Source: Heterodontus francisci (Eukaryota). From it: DNA of 64,000 bases. The notes beneath the pieces were generated by a model. The model worked only from the letters and a program-made list of their open reading frames with translations. It searched no databases and had not been told where the DNA came from. The position numbers and the translations under genes were made by a program. How positions within the stretch are numbered: position 1 is the first letter of the stretch; every line of letters starts with the position of its first letter. Positions 1 through 13,113 of the stretch are shown here, piece by piece. The DNA is taken from the NCBI RefSeq assembly GCF_036365525.1, contig NW_027140825.1, forward strand, positions 992,001-1,056,000, in the 5' to 3' direction.

Positions 1-577
1 ACAAATCCAGGCCATTCAGCCCATCGATCCTGGCCTGGCTGTTCGAAAGAGCGACCTCCTCCCATCTCTCTTCATCCTACCCTATCAACAGATTCTCCTA
101 TTCCTTTCTCACTCATGTATTTATTGAGCTCCCCCCTTAACAGTATTGTCTCTATTCGACCTCAACCCATTCCAGTTGGTCGCGAATTCCACATTCTGAC
201 CGCTCCCTTCGTTAAAGAACCTCCTTCTGAATTCCCAATTGGATTTATTAAGGACAACCTTACATTTATGATCCCTCGTTTTCATCTTCCCTGTCCAATT
301 ACTCCCACTCCCTGTTCTTTCTGAATATCCCTGCACTTGATCTTGCAGCTTGTCTGCCTCCTTCCCGACATTACAACAGTGACTGCACTTCAAAATGTAT
401 TTGACTGGTTGCGGCTTGAGTGAAGCAGAGAGCTGTCTGGCCGAATGGCGCGGAAGAGTGCATTAACTTCCATCTGGTTCTATGCCACAAGCGCAAACGG
501 GAGTCGAGTAGGATAACAAAGCCAATGACTGATACAATTTTAGAGTCTGAGACTGAAACGCCTGCAGAATCGGTGCT

Positions 578-610
578 TGCAGTTGCACGTGAAGCCACTA
601 GGTGCCAGTG
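578..610 (+). promoter_or_regulatory. Putative CTCF site with upstream motif (copies 5137-5169, 9703-9735)
   Basis: TGCAG-N12-CCACTAGGTGCCAG matches the CTCF core plus U-motif spacing. Confidence 0.55.
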
Positions 611-1257
611 TTACTCTAGTGTCGCCGCTGCCCAGAACATGCTCAGACAGAGTGAGCTTTACCCACAGCAGCTCTGCAGGTCAACTTGGCTGCTTCTGAA
701 ATGTTTCACTTCTCAACTATTTCACACAAAATATTCTGGCAATGTCAAACAAATCAATGATTTGATATCAGGTAGATGATCTTTAAATCTGATCCTTTTG
801 GGGGCATTAAGTGACATTAATATCAGTCCAACCTTGAAATAGTTGCACCCAGATGCCAGTTTGCAGATTTCCAGTTTCTATTTTACAATTACATAGTCCC
901 AGGAGTTTATAGGAAACTAGGAGAGAGTCTGAATGTCCATCCTGACTTTAGCACAACTCCCACATCTATCGTGCCAAGTGTAAAGTAGCATTTTGCTCCC
1001 CATGCTCCCTGTTTCCAGGTGGAATAACGGGAGATCTGGTGCTCACTTCATGTGATCAAGTGAGAGACAGTTTTCAGAACAGAAGGCTTCACACTGACAT
1101 GTTGTGATATCCTCACCCCGCCGGTCGAGGGGCTGTATTAATCAGGTCTGTTCATTGAGGAGGTGAAACTCAGTATGTTGAGGTTTTCAGAGCGGGTTTG
1201 CTTTTGCAGAACATTGCAAAACATTAAATTAACACAGAAGCTGGAGAGAGTTCACCT

Positions 1258-1860
1258 TCTTAGGCAGTTCCCCGGGGTTGAGGATGACTTGCTTCCACTC
1301 CGGTTCAATGGGTTCTGAGATGGCTGATGAGTCCAGTGTATGATCTGCAGACTCTGGCACATGAGGGGCAGGTGGTGCTTGTAGGATCAGGTAGGTGATT
1401 AGTTTGCAGGTTTGTGCGCTCCCTCCGATGCCTCGGCCTTACCTCTGCATGTTCCTTAAGTTCCTCGAGGTGTCCAATGCCTTCCCGTTTGTCCTTTCTC
1501 CATCTGGGCTTGGTCAGGAGCCAGGGTCTCCAAGGAGTCGACGTGGATGTTTCATCTCTCCAGGGATGTTGTGAGGACATCTCTGAAGCATTCCCGCTGT
1601 CCTCCTGGGGGTCTCCTGCAACGACCAAGTTCTGAGTAGATCAGTTGCTATGAGGAGTCTGGTGGCAGGAATGTGAATGACATGTCCCAGCCAGTGGAGC
1701 TGGTGTGGGGTGTTTCGCGCCCTGACACTAGACAGGTTGGTTTGGGAGAGGACGATGCTGTTGGACTATCTGTCTTGCCACTGGATTTGGAGCATAATGC
1801 GGAGGCACCTCTGGTGCTACTTCTCCTGTGCTTCGAGGTGTCTACTGTCGGTTCTCCAAG
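1258..1860 (-). mobile_element. RTE-clade LINE 3' fragment (paralogs ~5798-6400 and ~10383-10985)
   Basis: Minus-strand C-terminal zinc-finger-like tail TCPSCARVCRSYTGLISHLRTH and RRxxGGQRKRFRDVL motif typical of RTE ORF2. Confidence 0.75.
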
Positions 1861-2024
1861 GTAAGGTCAATGTGGAGGTGTATTTGTGAGCAGTGACTGA
1901 TGGGACAAAGCAGTTCAGAGTTATCCACTGTCTGGACAAAGAATCACACACAGACTGACCTCAAACTCACGTAATTTTACCAAGGAGTCAAAGAGCAGGG
2001 CCTGATCCATAGTTTTATCCTCAT

Positions 2025-2630
2025 GTACCTGGGTTCCACACTTGGACTGTACATATTTTTTGGTATCCAACCTCCTTGGTTAAAACACACTGGGTGCACT
2101 GTGAACATTTCAGGTCTCCTCATACCTTGGTTAGACTTCATTTGGAGAACGGTGCACAGTTCTGGTCTCATTATACTTTGGTTGGACGAAGACTGGAGCA
2201 CTGTGCACAGTTCTGACCACATTTAGATCACGGTATAATTATACATAACAGTAAGGATCGAACAGGCTGGGGTCCTTCTCCAGAAATGAGGGGTGCCCAG
2301 ATAAGAAGTCTTTAATATTATTCATAGGTTTGATAGGATAGATGTAGAGAAGATATTTTCACTTGAGGCCCAAGACCAGAATTATAAGCTATAAAATAGT
2401 CACGAAAAATCCAAATTCAGGACAAACCTCATTTCCCAGAGATTGGTGAGAATGGGGAACTAACCACCATAGGCAGTGGTAGAGGCAAATAGTATTCAGT
2501 GGGATACTAGTAGACATACGAGGCAGAAAGGATTGACAGGAGATGCTGAGAGGTTGAGATAAAGAGGGATGAAAGGATGTACCTGTGGAACATCAACACC
2601 TGTATAGATCCGTTCACCTGATGCTGTGTT
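2025..2630 (+). mobile_element. Old CR1 LINE 3' fragment with internal 51-bp tandem reiteration (paralogs ~6565-7170, ~11150-11790)
   Basis: Degenerate LVRPHLEYCVQFWSP-encoding block repeated at 2075/2126/2177, followed by a CR1-like 3' region. Confidence 0.6.
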
Positions 2631-3067
2631 CTATATTGTCTGCAATTCTATATAGTCAACGTCAGTATCTGAAAGAGGGGAGAAAGTTGGAAAGCCGATC
2701 TGGAACTTCCCAAGGAGTTCTACAGCCAATGAAGTGCTTCTGTTGAATTACAGGCATGTTGGTCTTTGTTGCAAGGGGGATGGGAGTACAAGAATAAGGA
2801 AGTCGTATTACACTTGTATTGGGTCTTGGTGAGAACACACCTGGAGTACTGTGTGCACATATTTGGACAGGGCTCCGAATGATCGGGCTGCAGATTTCAA
2901 TGAAACAGAACTGCAGTTCCAGAAAGCGATTACCAGGAGTCTAACATTGGTCCCTCCCCGGAAATGAAAGAAAACTGGGTCCCGCCTATCCGAATGATAA
3001 AGTGATGGAGAGGGAAGCTGTGAATTTCAGACAGTACCCAGAACTTTGAGATACTCGACAATAAAAG

Positions 3068-3092
3068 TGCTCAGTCATTTCATATAAAACCA
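3068..3092 (+). promoter_or_regulatory. Family A V promoter: TCAGTCA (AP-1/CRE-like) and TATAAAA box; same motif upstream of 7657 and 12266
   Basis: tgctcagtcatttcatataaaacc about 25-45 nt before the ATG, conserved in all three copies. Confidence 0.5.
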
Positions 3093-3115
3093 CACGGATC
3101 CTTTACCCTCCAGAG

Positions 3116-3733
3116 ATGTCTGTGTCTCAGCTCTGGGTTGTGTTGTTGGTGTTAAGGGGTAAGGAGGTGTCTGAACTGTGAGGTTACAATGATGTACATG
3201 TGTCTCTGCTTCTCAGTCTCTGTCTGTCTTTGTCTCTCTCCTTCTCCCTCTATATTTCTTTCTCTGTCTCTCATTATCTCTCGCTCTCTGCCTCTCTGCC
3301 TCTAACTGGTCTCCACCGCTCTCTCTATCTCTGTCTGCCTGCCCACTTCTACCACTTCTTGTTGGTAACGATATAGATATTGTCCCTGGGTTAATCTCTT
3401 TCTTTCTCTCTCTCTCTCCCTCTCTGTTTTACAGATGTGAGGGCTGTGTTGATCCAACAGACTCCCTCTTCCATATCCCATTCCCCAGGCTCTCCAGTCA
3501 GGATCCAATGTACTTACACTGAAGCAACAGCTGGCTCCTATTTCTACTGGTACCGATGGCGTCCGGACCGTGAGCCCCAGAACCTTTTCTATTCCTACGG
3601 TGCTGGAACGGTCAGTCCCTCTGGTGAGGTGGACGGTTTCACCGCCAGGAGACCCGACAACACCCATTTTTACCTGGAGTCCTCCAGCCTGTGGATGAAT
3701 CAATCAACCATGTATTACTGTGCCTGGAGACAG
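3116..3733 (+). CDS. TRBV: TCR beta V gene segment, family A copy 1 (apparently functional)
   Basis: Leader exon 3116-3158 (MSVSQLWVVLLVLR), GT-AG phase-1 intron 3159-3434, V exon 3435-3733 DVRAVLIQQTP..C..YFYWYRW..YYCAWRQ with canonical C/W/C, followed by a 23-RSS. Confidence 0.9.
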
Positions 3734-3772
3734 CACAGTGACTCAGAAAGGCGCTGGAGTTCAGCAAAAACT
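3734..3772 (+). other. 23-bp recombination signal sequence
   Basis: CACAGTG + 23 nt + GCAAAAACT. Confidence 0.95.
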
Positions 3773-6700
3773 GTAAACATTGACAGAGCTCACTTGTGGG
3801 AGATAGACCTGTCTATCTGGGGTGTCATTCTATCACTCTGACTATCTGTCAGTTTCTATGTCTACTGTTGAATGAACTGGCTCTTTGACAGAGTTGTCTA
3901 ACTAGTTCCCATTCACTGACTAGTTCTCCATTGCACTAATAAATCTCCCCTACATCTACTTCTCCAATTGACATCTGGAAGTTACTATTGGATGGTCTTC
4001 CACCGCCCTTTCAGTCAATGCCCTCCACATGATAACAATTCACTGAGGAGAAAGATTCCACTCATCTCCCACTCTGGTTCCTTTCCCAATTACCTTCAAT
4101 TCTTGGTCCCTGGTTTATCGACCCTCCTGACAGTAGATACGACCCTCTGGATACAGTTTCTCTATCAAGACACTTCTAACCACATCTTTCAAATCTCCCC
4201 TTACCCTCATTACTCTAATGGACACAAGTCCATACAAATAGGAAATGGTTGATCTTGGAACCTTTAATCATGTCTCTGATGATTCATACAGTGCAAAGTC
4301 GAAACACCTCTCCAGATTCGTCTCTGACTGGAACACCTGCCTCCAGACAGCGGCTTCAGCATCTGTTCAAAACTGTTAACCCATTTGTCTCTCAGTCTCT
4401 CGGGGTCTTTTGAAGAATTTTCACATTGACTGCAGTTCAGTGTGGTGAAGAACTTAACCCTTTAACTCCCGTTTAGCACAAGGGGGGGAAATGAAACTGT
4501 CTTGACCCTGAAACAAGGCAGCAGGTTGACGGCTCTTATTGGATCATAGAATCATGCAGGACACATCCAGGGTATTCAGTCCATCGATACTGGCCTCGCT
4601 GTTCGAAAGAGCGACCTCCTCCCATCTCTCTTCATCTTACCCTATCAACAGATTCTTCAATTACTTTCTCACTCATGTATTTATTCAGCTCCCCACTAAA
4701 CTGCATCGTCTCTATTCGACCTCAACCCATTCCATTGGTCGCTAATTCCACATTCTCACCGCTCCCTGGATTAAAGAACCTCCTCCTGAATTCCCAATTG
4801 GATTTATTAAGGACTACCTTACATTTATGATCCCTGGTTTTCATCTTCCCTGTCCAATTACTGCCACTCCCTGTTCTTTCTGATTAACCCTGCACTTGAT
4901 CTTGCAGCTTGTCTGTCTCCTTCCTACCATTACAACAGTTACTGCATTTCAAAATACATTTGACTGGTTGAGGCTGGAGTGAAGCAGAGAGCTGTGGGGC
5001 CGAATGGCGCGGATCTGTGCATTAGCTTCCATCGACTTCTGTGCCACAAGCGCCAACACGAGTCGAGTAGAAGATTATAACTAATGACTGAAACAGGTTC
5101 AGGGTCTGACACTGAAACGCCTGATGAATCGGTGCTTGCAGTTACACCTGGAGCCACTAGGTGCCAGTGTTACTCCACTGTCGCCGCTGCCGAGAACATG
5201 CTCAGACAGAGTGAGCTTTACCCACAGCAGCTCCACAGGTCAACTTGGCTGCTTCTGAAATGTTTCACTTCTCAACTATTTCACACAAAATATTCCGGCA
5301 ATGGAAGATGAGGGAGATGAGTTTTTAATCTGATCGTTTACGGGTCATTAAGTATCAATTATGTCAGTGCAACCTTGAAATATTTGCACCCAGATGCCAG
5401 TTTGTAGATTTCCAGGTTCTATTTTACAATTGCACTGTCCCAGGTGTTTGTAGGAAACTAGGAGAGAGGCTGAATGTCCATCCTGACTTTCGCACAACTC
5501 CCACATCTATCGTGCCAAGTGTAAAGTAACATTTTCCCCCCATGCTCCCTGTTTCCAGGTTGAATAACGGGAGATCTGGTGCTCACTTCATGTGATCAAG
5601 TGAGAGACAGTTTTCAGAACAGAAGGCTTCACACTGACATGTTGTGATATCCTCACCCTGCCGGTGGAAGGGCTGTATTAATCAGGTCTGTTCATTGAGG
5701 AGGTGAAACTCAGTATGTTGAGGTTTTAAGAGCGGATTTGCTTTTGCAGAACATTGCAAAACATTAAATTAACACAGAAGCTGGAGAGAGTTCACCTTCT
5801 TAGGCAGTTCCCCGGGGTTGAGGATGACTTGCTTCCACTCCGGTTCAATGGGTTCTGAGATGGCTGATGAGTCCAGTGTATGATCTGCAGACTCTGGCAC
5901 ATGAGGGGCAGGTGGTGCTTGTAGGATCAGGTAGGTGATTAGTTTGCAGGTTTGTGCGCTCCCTCCGATGCCTCGGCCTTACCTCTGCATGTTCCTTAAG
6001 TTCCTCGAGGTGTCCAATGCCTTCCCGTTTGTCCTTTCTCCATCTGGGCTTGGTCAGGAGCCAGGGTCTCCAAGGAGTCGACGTGGATGTTTCATCTCTC
6101 CAGGGATGTTGTGAGGACATCTCTGAAGCATTCCCGCTGTCCTCCTGGGAGTCTCCTGCCACGACCAAGTTCTGAGTAGATCAGTTGCTATGAGGAGTCT
6201 GGTGGCAGGAATGTGAATGACATGTCCCAGCCAGTGGAGCTGGTGTGGGGTGTTTCGCGCCCTGACACTAGACAGGTTGGTTTGGGAGAGGACGATGCTG
6301 TTGGACTATCTGTCTTGCCACTGGATTTGGTGGATAATGCGGAGGCACCTCTGGTGCTACTTCTCCTGTGCTTCGAGGTGTCTACTGTCGGTTCTCCAAG
6401 GTAAGGTCAGTGTGGAGGTGTATTTGTGAGCAGTGACTGATGGGACAAAGCAGTTCAGAGTTATCCACTGTCTGGACAAAGAATCACACACAGACTGACC
6501 TCAAACTCATGTAATTTTACCAAGGAGTCAAAGAGCAGGGCCTGATCCATAGTTTTATCCTCATGTACCTGGGTTCCACACTTGGACTGTACATATTTTT
6601 TGGTATCCAACCTCCTTGGTTAAAACACACTGGGTGCACTGTGAACATTTCAGGTCTCCTCATACCTTGGTTAGACTTCATTTGGAGAACCGTGCACAGT

Positions 6701-7656
6701 TCTGGTCTCATTATACTTTGGTTGGACGAAGACTGGAGCACTGTGCACAGTTCTGACCACATTTAGATCACGGTATAATTATACATAACAGTAAGGATCG
6801 AACAGGCTGGGGTCCTTCTCCAGAAATGAGGGGTGCCCAGATAAGAAGTCTTTAATATTATTCATAGGTTTGATAGGATAGATGTAGAGAAGATATTTTC
6901 ACTTGAGGCCCAAGACCAGAATTATAAGCTATAAAATAGTCACGAAAAATCCAAATTCAGGACAAACCTCATTTCCCAGAGATTGGTGAGAATGGGGAAC
7001 TAACCACCATAGGCAGTGGTAGAGGCAAATAGTATTCAGTGGGAAACTAGTAGACATACGAGGCAGAAAGGATTGACAGGAGATGCTGAGAGGTTGAGAT
7101 AAAGAGGGATGAAAGGATGTACCTGTGGAACATCAACACCTGTATAGATCCGTTCACCTGATGCTGTGTTCTATATTGTCTGCAATTCTATATAGTCAAC
7201 GTCAGTATCTGAAAGAGGGGAGAATGTTGGAAAGCCGATCTGGAACTTCCCAAAGGAGTTCTGCAGCCAAAGAAGTGCTTCTGTTGAATTACAGGCATGT
7301 TGGTCTTTGTTGCAAGGGGGATGGGAGTACAAGAATAAGGAAGTCGTATTACACTTGTATTGGGTCTTGGTGAGAACACACCTGGAATACAGTGTGCACA
7401 TATTTGGACAGGGCTCCGAATGATCGGGCTGCACATGTTAATGAAACAGAACTGCAGTTCCAGAAAGCGATTAACAGGCGTCTAACATTGGTCCCTCCCC
7501 GGAAATGAAAGAAAACTGGGTCCCGCCTATCCGAATGATAAAGTGATGGAGAGGGAAGCTGTGAATTTCAGTCAGTGCCCAGAACTTTGAGATATTCGAC
7601 AATAAAAGTGCTCAGTCATTTCATATAAAACCACACGGATCCTTCACCCTCCAGAG

Positions 7657-8287
7657 ATGTCTGTGTCTCAGCTCTGGGTTGTGTTGTTGGTGTTAACGGG
7701 TAAGGAGGTGTCTGAACTGTGAGGTTACAATGATGTACATGTGTCTCTGATTCTCAGTCTCTGTCTGTCTTTGTTTCACTCCTTCTCCCTCTATATTTCT
7801 TTCTCTGTCTCTCATTCTCTCTCTCTCTCTCTCTTTGCCTTCATCTCAGCCTCTCTGCCTCTAACTGGTCCCCACCGCTCTCACTCTCTCTGTCTGCCAC
7901 TTCTACCTCTTCTTGTTGATAACAATATCGACATTGTCCCTGGGTTAATCTCTCTCTTTCTCTCTCTCTCTCCCTCTCTGTTTTACAGATGTGGGGGCCG
8001 TGTCGATCCAACAGACTCCCACTTCCATATCTCATTCCCCAGGCACTCTAGTCAGGATCGAGTGTATTTACACTGAAGCAACAGCTAGCTCTGTTTTCTA
8101 CTGGTACCGATGGCATCTGGACCGTGAGCCCGAGAACCTTTTCTATTCTTACGCTGCTGGAACGGTCAACCCTTCCGGTGAGGTGGACGGTTTCACTGCC
8201 AGCAGACCCGACAACACCCATTTTTACCTGGAGTCCTCCAGCCTGTTGGTGAATCAATCAGCCGTGTATTACTGTGCCTGGAGTCAG
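7657..8287 (+). CDS. TRBV: TCR beta V gene segment, family A copy 2 (apparently functional)
   Basis: Leader 7657-7699, intron 7700-7988, V exon 7989-8287 ending YYCAWSQ, open frame. Confidence 0.9.
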
Positions 8288-8326
8288 CACAGTGACTCAG
8301 AAAGGCGCCGGAGTTCAGCAAAAACT
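8288..8326 (+). other. 23-bp RSS
   Basis: CACAGTG + 23 nt + GCAAAAACT. Confidence 0.95.
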
Positions 8327-11300
8327 CTAAACACTGACAGAGCTCACTTGTGGGAGATAGACCTGTCTATCTGGGCTGTCATTCTATCACTCTGTCTATC
8401 TGTCAGTTTTTATGTCTACTGTTGAATGAACTGGCTCTTTGACAGAGTTGTCTAACTAGTTTCCATTCACTGACTAGTTCTCCATTGCATTAATAAATCT
8501 CCCCTTCATCTACTTCTCCAATTGACATCTGGAAGTTACGATTGGATGGTCTTCCACCGCCCTTTCAGTCAGTGCCCTCCACATGATAACAATTCACTGA
8601 GGAGAAAGATTCCACTCATCTCCCACTCTGGTTCCTTTCCTAATTACCTTCAATTCTTGGTCCCTGGTTTATCGACCCTCCTGACAGTAGATACTACCCT
8701 CTGGATACAGTTTCTCTATCAAGACACTTCTGACCACATCTTGAAAATCTCCCCTTACCCTCATTACTCTAATGGACACAAGTCCATACAAATAGGAAAT
8801 GGTTGATCTTGGAACCTTTAATCATGTCTCTGATGATTCATACAGTGCAAAGTCGAAACACCTCTCCAGATCCGTCTCTGACTGGAACACCTGCCTCCAG
8901 ACGGCGGCTTCAGCATCTGTTCAAAACTGTTAACCCACTTGTCTCTCAGTCTCTCGGTGTCTTTTGAAGAATTTTCACAATGACTGGAGTTCAGTGCGGT
9001 GAAGAACTTAACCCTTTAGCTCCCGTTTAGCACAAGTGGGCGGGGGTGGGTGGGGAATGAAACTGTCTTGGATCTGAAACAAGGCAGCAGGCTGACGGGT
9101 CTTATTGGGTCATCGTGTCATGCAGGACAAATCCAGGCCATTCAGCCCATCGATCCAGGCCTGGCTGTTCGAAAGAGCGACTTCCTCCCATCTCTCTTCA
9201 TCTTACCCTATCAACAGATTCTCCTATTCCTTTCTCACTCATGTATTTATTCAGCTCCCCTTTAACTGCATCGTCTCTATTCGACCTCAACCCATTCCAT
9301 TTGGTCTGTAATTCCACATTCTCACCGCTCCCTGGGTTAAAGAACCTCCTTCTGAATTCCCAATTGGATTTATTAAGGACAACCTTACATTTATGATCCC
9401 TCGTTTTCATCTTCCCTGTCCAATTACTCCCACTCCCTGTTCTTTCTGAATAACCCTGCACTTGATCTTGCAGCTTGTCTGCCTCCTTCCCGACATTACA
9501 ACAGTGACTGCACTTCAAAATGTATTTGACTGGTTGAGGCTTGAGTGAAGCAGAGAGATGTCGGGCCGAATGGCGCGGAAGAGTGCATTAACTTCCATCT
9601 GGTTCTATGCCACAAGCGCAAACGGGAGTCGAGTAGGAGGATAAAGCCAATGACTGATACAATTTTAGAGTCTGAGACTGAAACGCCTGCAGAATCGGTG
9701 CTTGCAGTTGCACGTGGAGCCACTAGGTGCCAGTGTTACTCCACTGTCGCCGCTGCCCACAACATGCTCAGACAGAGTGAACTTTACCCACAGCAGCTCT
9801 GCAGGTCAACTTGGCTGCTTCTGAAATGTTTCACTTCTCAACTATTTCACACAAAATATTCTGGCGATGTCAAACAAATCAATGATTTGATATCAGGTAG
9901 ATGAGCTTTAAATCTGATCCTTTTGGGGGCATTAAGTGACATTAATATCAGTCCAACCTTGAAATAGTTGCACCCAGATGCCAGTTTGCAGATTTCCAGT
10001 TTCTATTTTACAATTACATAGTCCCAGGAGTTTATAGGAAACTAGGAGAGAGTCTGAATGTCCATCCTGACTTTAGCACAACTCCCACATCTATCGTGCC
10101 AAGTGTAAAGTAGCATTTTGCCCCCCATGCTCCCTGTTTCCAGGTGGAATAACGGGAGATCTGGTGCTCACTTCATGTGATCAAGTGAGAGACAGTTTTC
10201 AGAACAGAAGGCTTCACACTGACATGTTGTGATATCCTCACCCCGCCGGTCGAGGGGCTGTATTAATCAGGTCTGTTCATTGAGGAGGTGAAACTCAGTA
10301 TGTTGAGGTTTTCAGAGCGGGTTTGCTTTTGCAGAATGGTGCAAAACAATAAATTAACCAGGAAGCCGGAAAGAGTTCCCCTTCTTAGGCATTCACCCGG
10401 GATTGAGGATGACTTGCTTCCACTCCGGTTCAATGGGTTCTGAGATGGCTGATGAGACCAGTGTATGATCTGCAGACTCTGGTACATGAGGGGCAGGTGG
10501 TGCTTTGAGGATCAGGCAGGTGAGTAGTTTGCAGGTTTGTGTGCTCCCTCCGATGCCTCGGCCTGACCTCTGCATGTTCCTTAAGTTCCTCGAGGTGTCC
10601 AATGCCTTCCCGTATGTCCTTTCTCCATCTGGGATGTTCAGGAGCCAGGGTCTCCAAGGAGTCGACGCGGATGTTTCATCTCTCCAGGGATCCTGTGAGG
10701 ACATCTCTAAAGCGTTTCCGCTGTCCTCCTGGGAGTCTCCTGACACGGCTAAGTTCTGAGTAGAACTGCTGCTTTGGGGAGTCTGGTGGCAGGAATGTGA
10801 ATGTCATGTCCCAGCCAGTGGAGCTGGTTTTGGGTGATTCGCGCCCTGACACTAGACAGGTTGGTTTGGGAGAGGACGATGCTGTTGGACTACCTGTCTT
10901 GCCACTGGATTTGGAGGTTAATGCGGAGGCACCTCTGGTGTTACTTCTCCTGTGCCTTGAGGTGTCCACTGTAGGATCTCCAAGGTAAGGTCAATGTGGA
11001 GGTGTATTTATGTAAAGTGACTGATGGGACAAAGCAGTTCAGAGCTATCCACTGTCTAGACAAAGAACCACACACAGACTGACTTCAAACTCACGGAATT
11101 TTTCCAAGAACTCAGAGAGCAGGGCCTCATCCACAGTTTTATCTTCATGTACCTGGGTTCCAAAATTGGAATTTGCACATGTTTGGCCTCCAACCTCCTT
11201 GGTTAAAACACACTGGGTGCACTGTCAACATTTCAGGTCTCCTCATACCTTGGTTCGACTTCATTTGGAGAACTGTGCACTGTTCCGCTCTCATTATACA

Positions 11301-12265
11301 TTGGTTAGATCACAACTGGAGCACTATGCACAGTTCTGGCGTCTATATACATTGGTTAGGCCACATTTAGATCACGGTATAATTATACATAGCAGTAAAG
11401 ATCGAACAGGCTGGGGTTCTTCTCTAGAAATGAGGGGTGCCCAGATAAGAAGTCTTTAATATTATTAATAGGTTTGATAGGATAGACGTAGACAAGATAT
11501 TTTCACTTGAGGCTAAAGACCAGAATTATAAGGCATAAGATACTCACTAAAAATCCAAACGTGAATTCAGGACAAACTTCATTCCCCAGAGATTGGTGAG
11601 AATGGGGAACTCACCACCACAGGCAGTGGTGGAGGTAAATAGTATTCAGTGGGAAACCAGTAGACATACGAGGCAGAAAGGACTGACAGGAGATGCTGAG
11701 AGGTTGAGATAAAGAGTTATGAAAGGATGTATCTGTGGAACATTAACACCTGTATAGATCCGTTCACCTGATGCTGTGTTCTATATTGTCTGCAATTCTA
11801 TATAGTCAACGTCAGTATCTGAAAGAGAGGAGAAAGTTGGAAAGCCGATCTGGAACTTACCAAGGAGTTCGACAGCCAATGAAGTGCTTCTGTTGAATTA
11901 CAGGCATGTTGGTCTTTGTTTCATGGGGGATGGGAGTACAAGAATAAGGAAGTCGTATTACACTTGTATTGGGTCTTGGTGAGAACACACCTGGTGTACT
12001 GTGTGCACATATTTGGACAGGGCTCCGAATGATCGGGCTGCAGATGTCAATGAAACAGAATTGCAGTTCCAGAAAGCGATTACCAGGAGTCTAACATTGG
12101 TCCCTCCCCGGAAATGAAAGAAAACTGGGTCCCGCCTATCTGTATGATAAAGTGATGGAGAGGGAAGCTGTGAATTTCAGTCAGTGCCCAGAACTTTGAG
12201 ATACTCTGCAATAAAAGTGCTCAGTCACTTCATATAAAACCACACGGATCCTTTACCCTCCAGAG

Positions 12266-12889
12266 ATGGCTGTCTCTCAGCTCTGGGTTGTGTTGTTGGT
12301 GTTAACGGGTAAGGAGGTGTCTGAACTGTGAGGTTACAATGATGTACATGTGTCTCTGCTTCTCAGTCTCTGTCTGTCTTTGTCTCTCTCCTTCTCCCTC
12401 TATATTTCTTTCTCTGTCTCTCATTCTCTCTCTCTCTCTCTCTTTGCCTTTATCTCTGCCTCTCTGCCTCTAACTGGTCCCCAGCGCTCTCTCTCTCTCT
12501 CTCTCTCTGCCCACTTCTACCTCTTCTTGTTTGTAACGATAGAGACAATGTCCCTGGGTAAATCTCTTTCTCTCTCTCTCTGTTTTACAGATGTGGGGGC
12601 CGTGTTGATCCAACAGACTCCCGCTTCCATATCCCATTCCCCAGGCTCTCCAGTCAGTATCCAGTGCGTTTACACAAAGGCAGATGTTGGCTCCTATTTC
12701 TACTGGTACCGGTGGCATCCAGACCGTGATCCCGAGAACCTTTTCTATTCCAACCTCGCTGGAACGGTCATTCCCTCTGGTGAGGTGGACGGTTTCACCG
12801 CCAGGAGACCCGACAACACCCATTTTTACCTGGAGTCCTCCAGCCTGTGGGCGAATCAATCAGCCGTGTATTACTGTGCCTGGAGACTG
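12266..12889 (+). CDS. TRBV: TCR beta V gene segment, family A copy 3 (apparently functional)
   Basis: Leader 12266-12308 (MAVSQLWVVLLVLT), intron 12309-12590, V exon 12591-12889 ending YYCAWRL. Confidence 0.9.
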
Positions 12890-12928
12890 CACAGTGACTC
12901 AGAAAGGCGCCGGAGTTCAGCAAAAACT
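12890..12928 (+). other. 23-bp RSS
   Basis: CACAGTG + 23 nt + GCAAAAACT. Confidence 0.95.
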
Positions 12929-13039
12929 CTGAAGGGGGAGGAAAGCACTTGTGGGAGATAAACCTGTCTGTCTATCTCAGTGTCTTTCTGTCTCTCTGAC
13001 TATCTGCGAGTTTCTGTGTCTCTTTGTGCGTCTCTGCAT

Positions 13040-13045
13040 CCATCC

Positions 13046-13112
<67 letters not shown>
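13040..13112. repeat. (TATC)n microsatellite
   Basis: Direct inspection. Confidence 0.95.

Positions 13113-13113
<1 letters not shown>

Larger units (their letters stand above)
1..12930 (+). repeat. Tandem triplication of a ~4.55-kb V-containing unit (copies start at ~1, ~4561, ~9127)
   Basis: Homologous ATGs at 3116, 7657, 12266 (periods 4541 and 4609); same order of TE fragments in each unit. Confidence 0.95.

Noticed and set aside
420-779. 119-aa ORF repeated in the triplicated units
   Set aside because: No recognisable domain; conservation explained by recent duplication; altered in copy 2
3734-3841. ORF extensions past CAW such as HSDSERWSSS as protein tails
   Set aside because: These are translations of the RSS, which is removed on rearrangement
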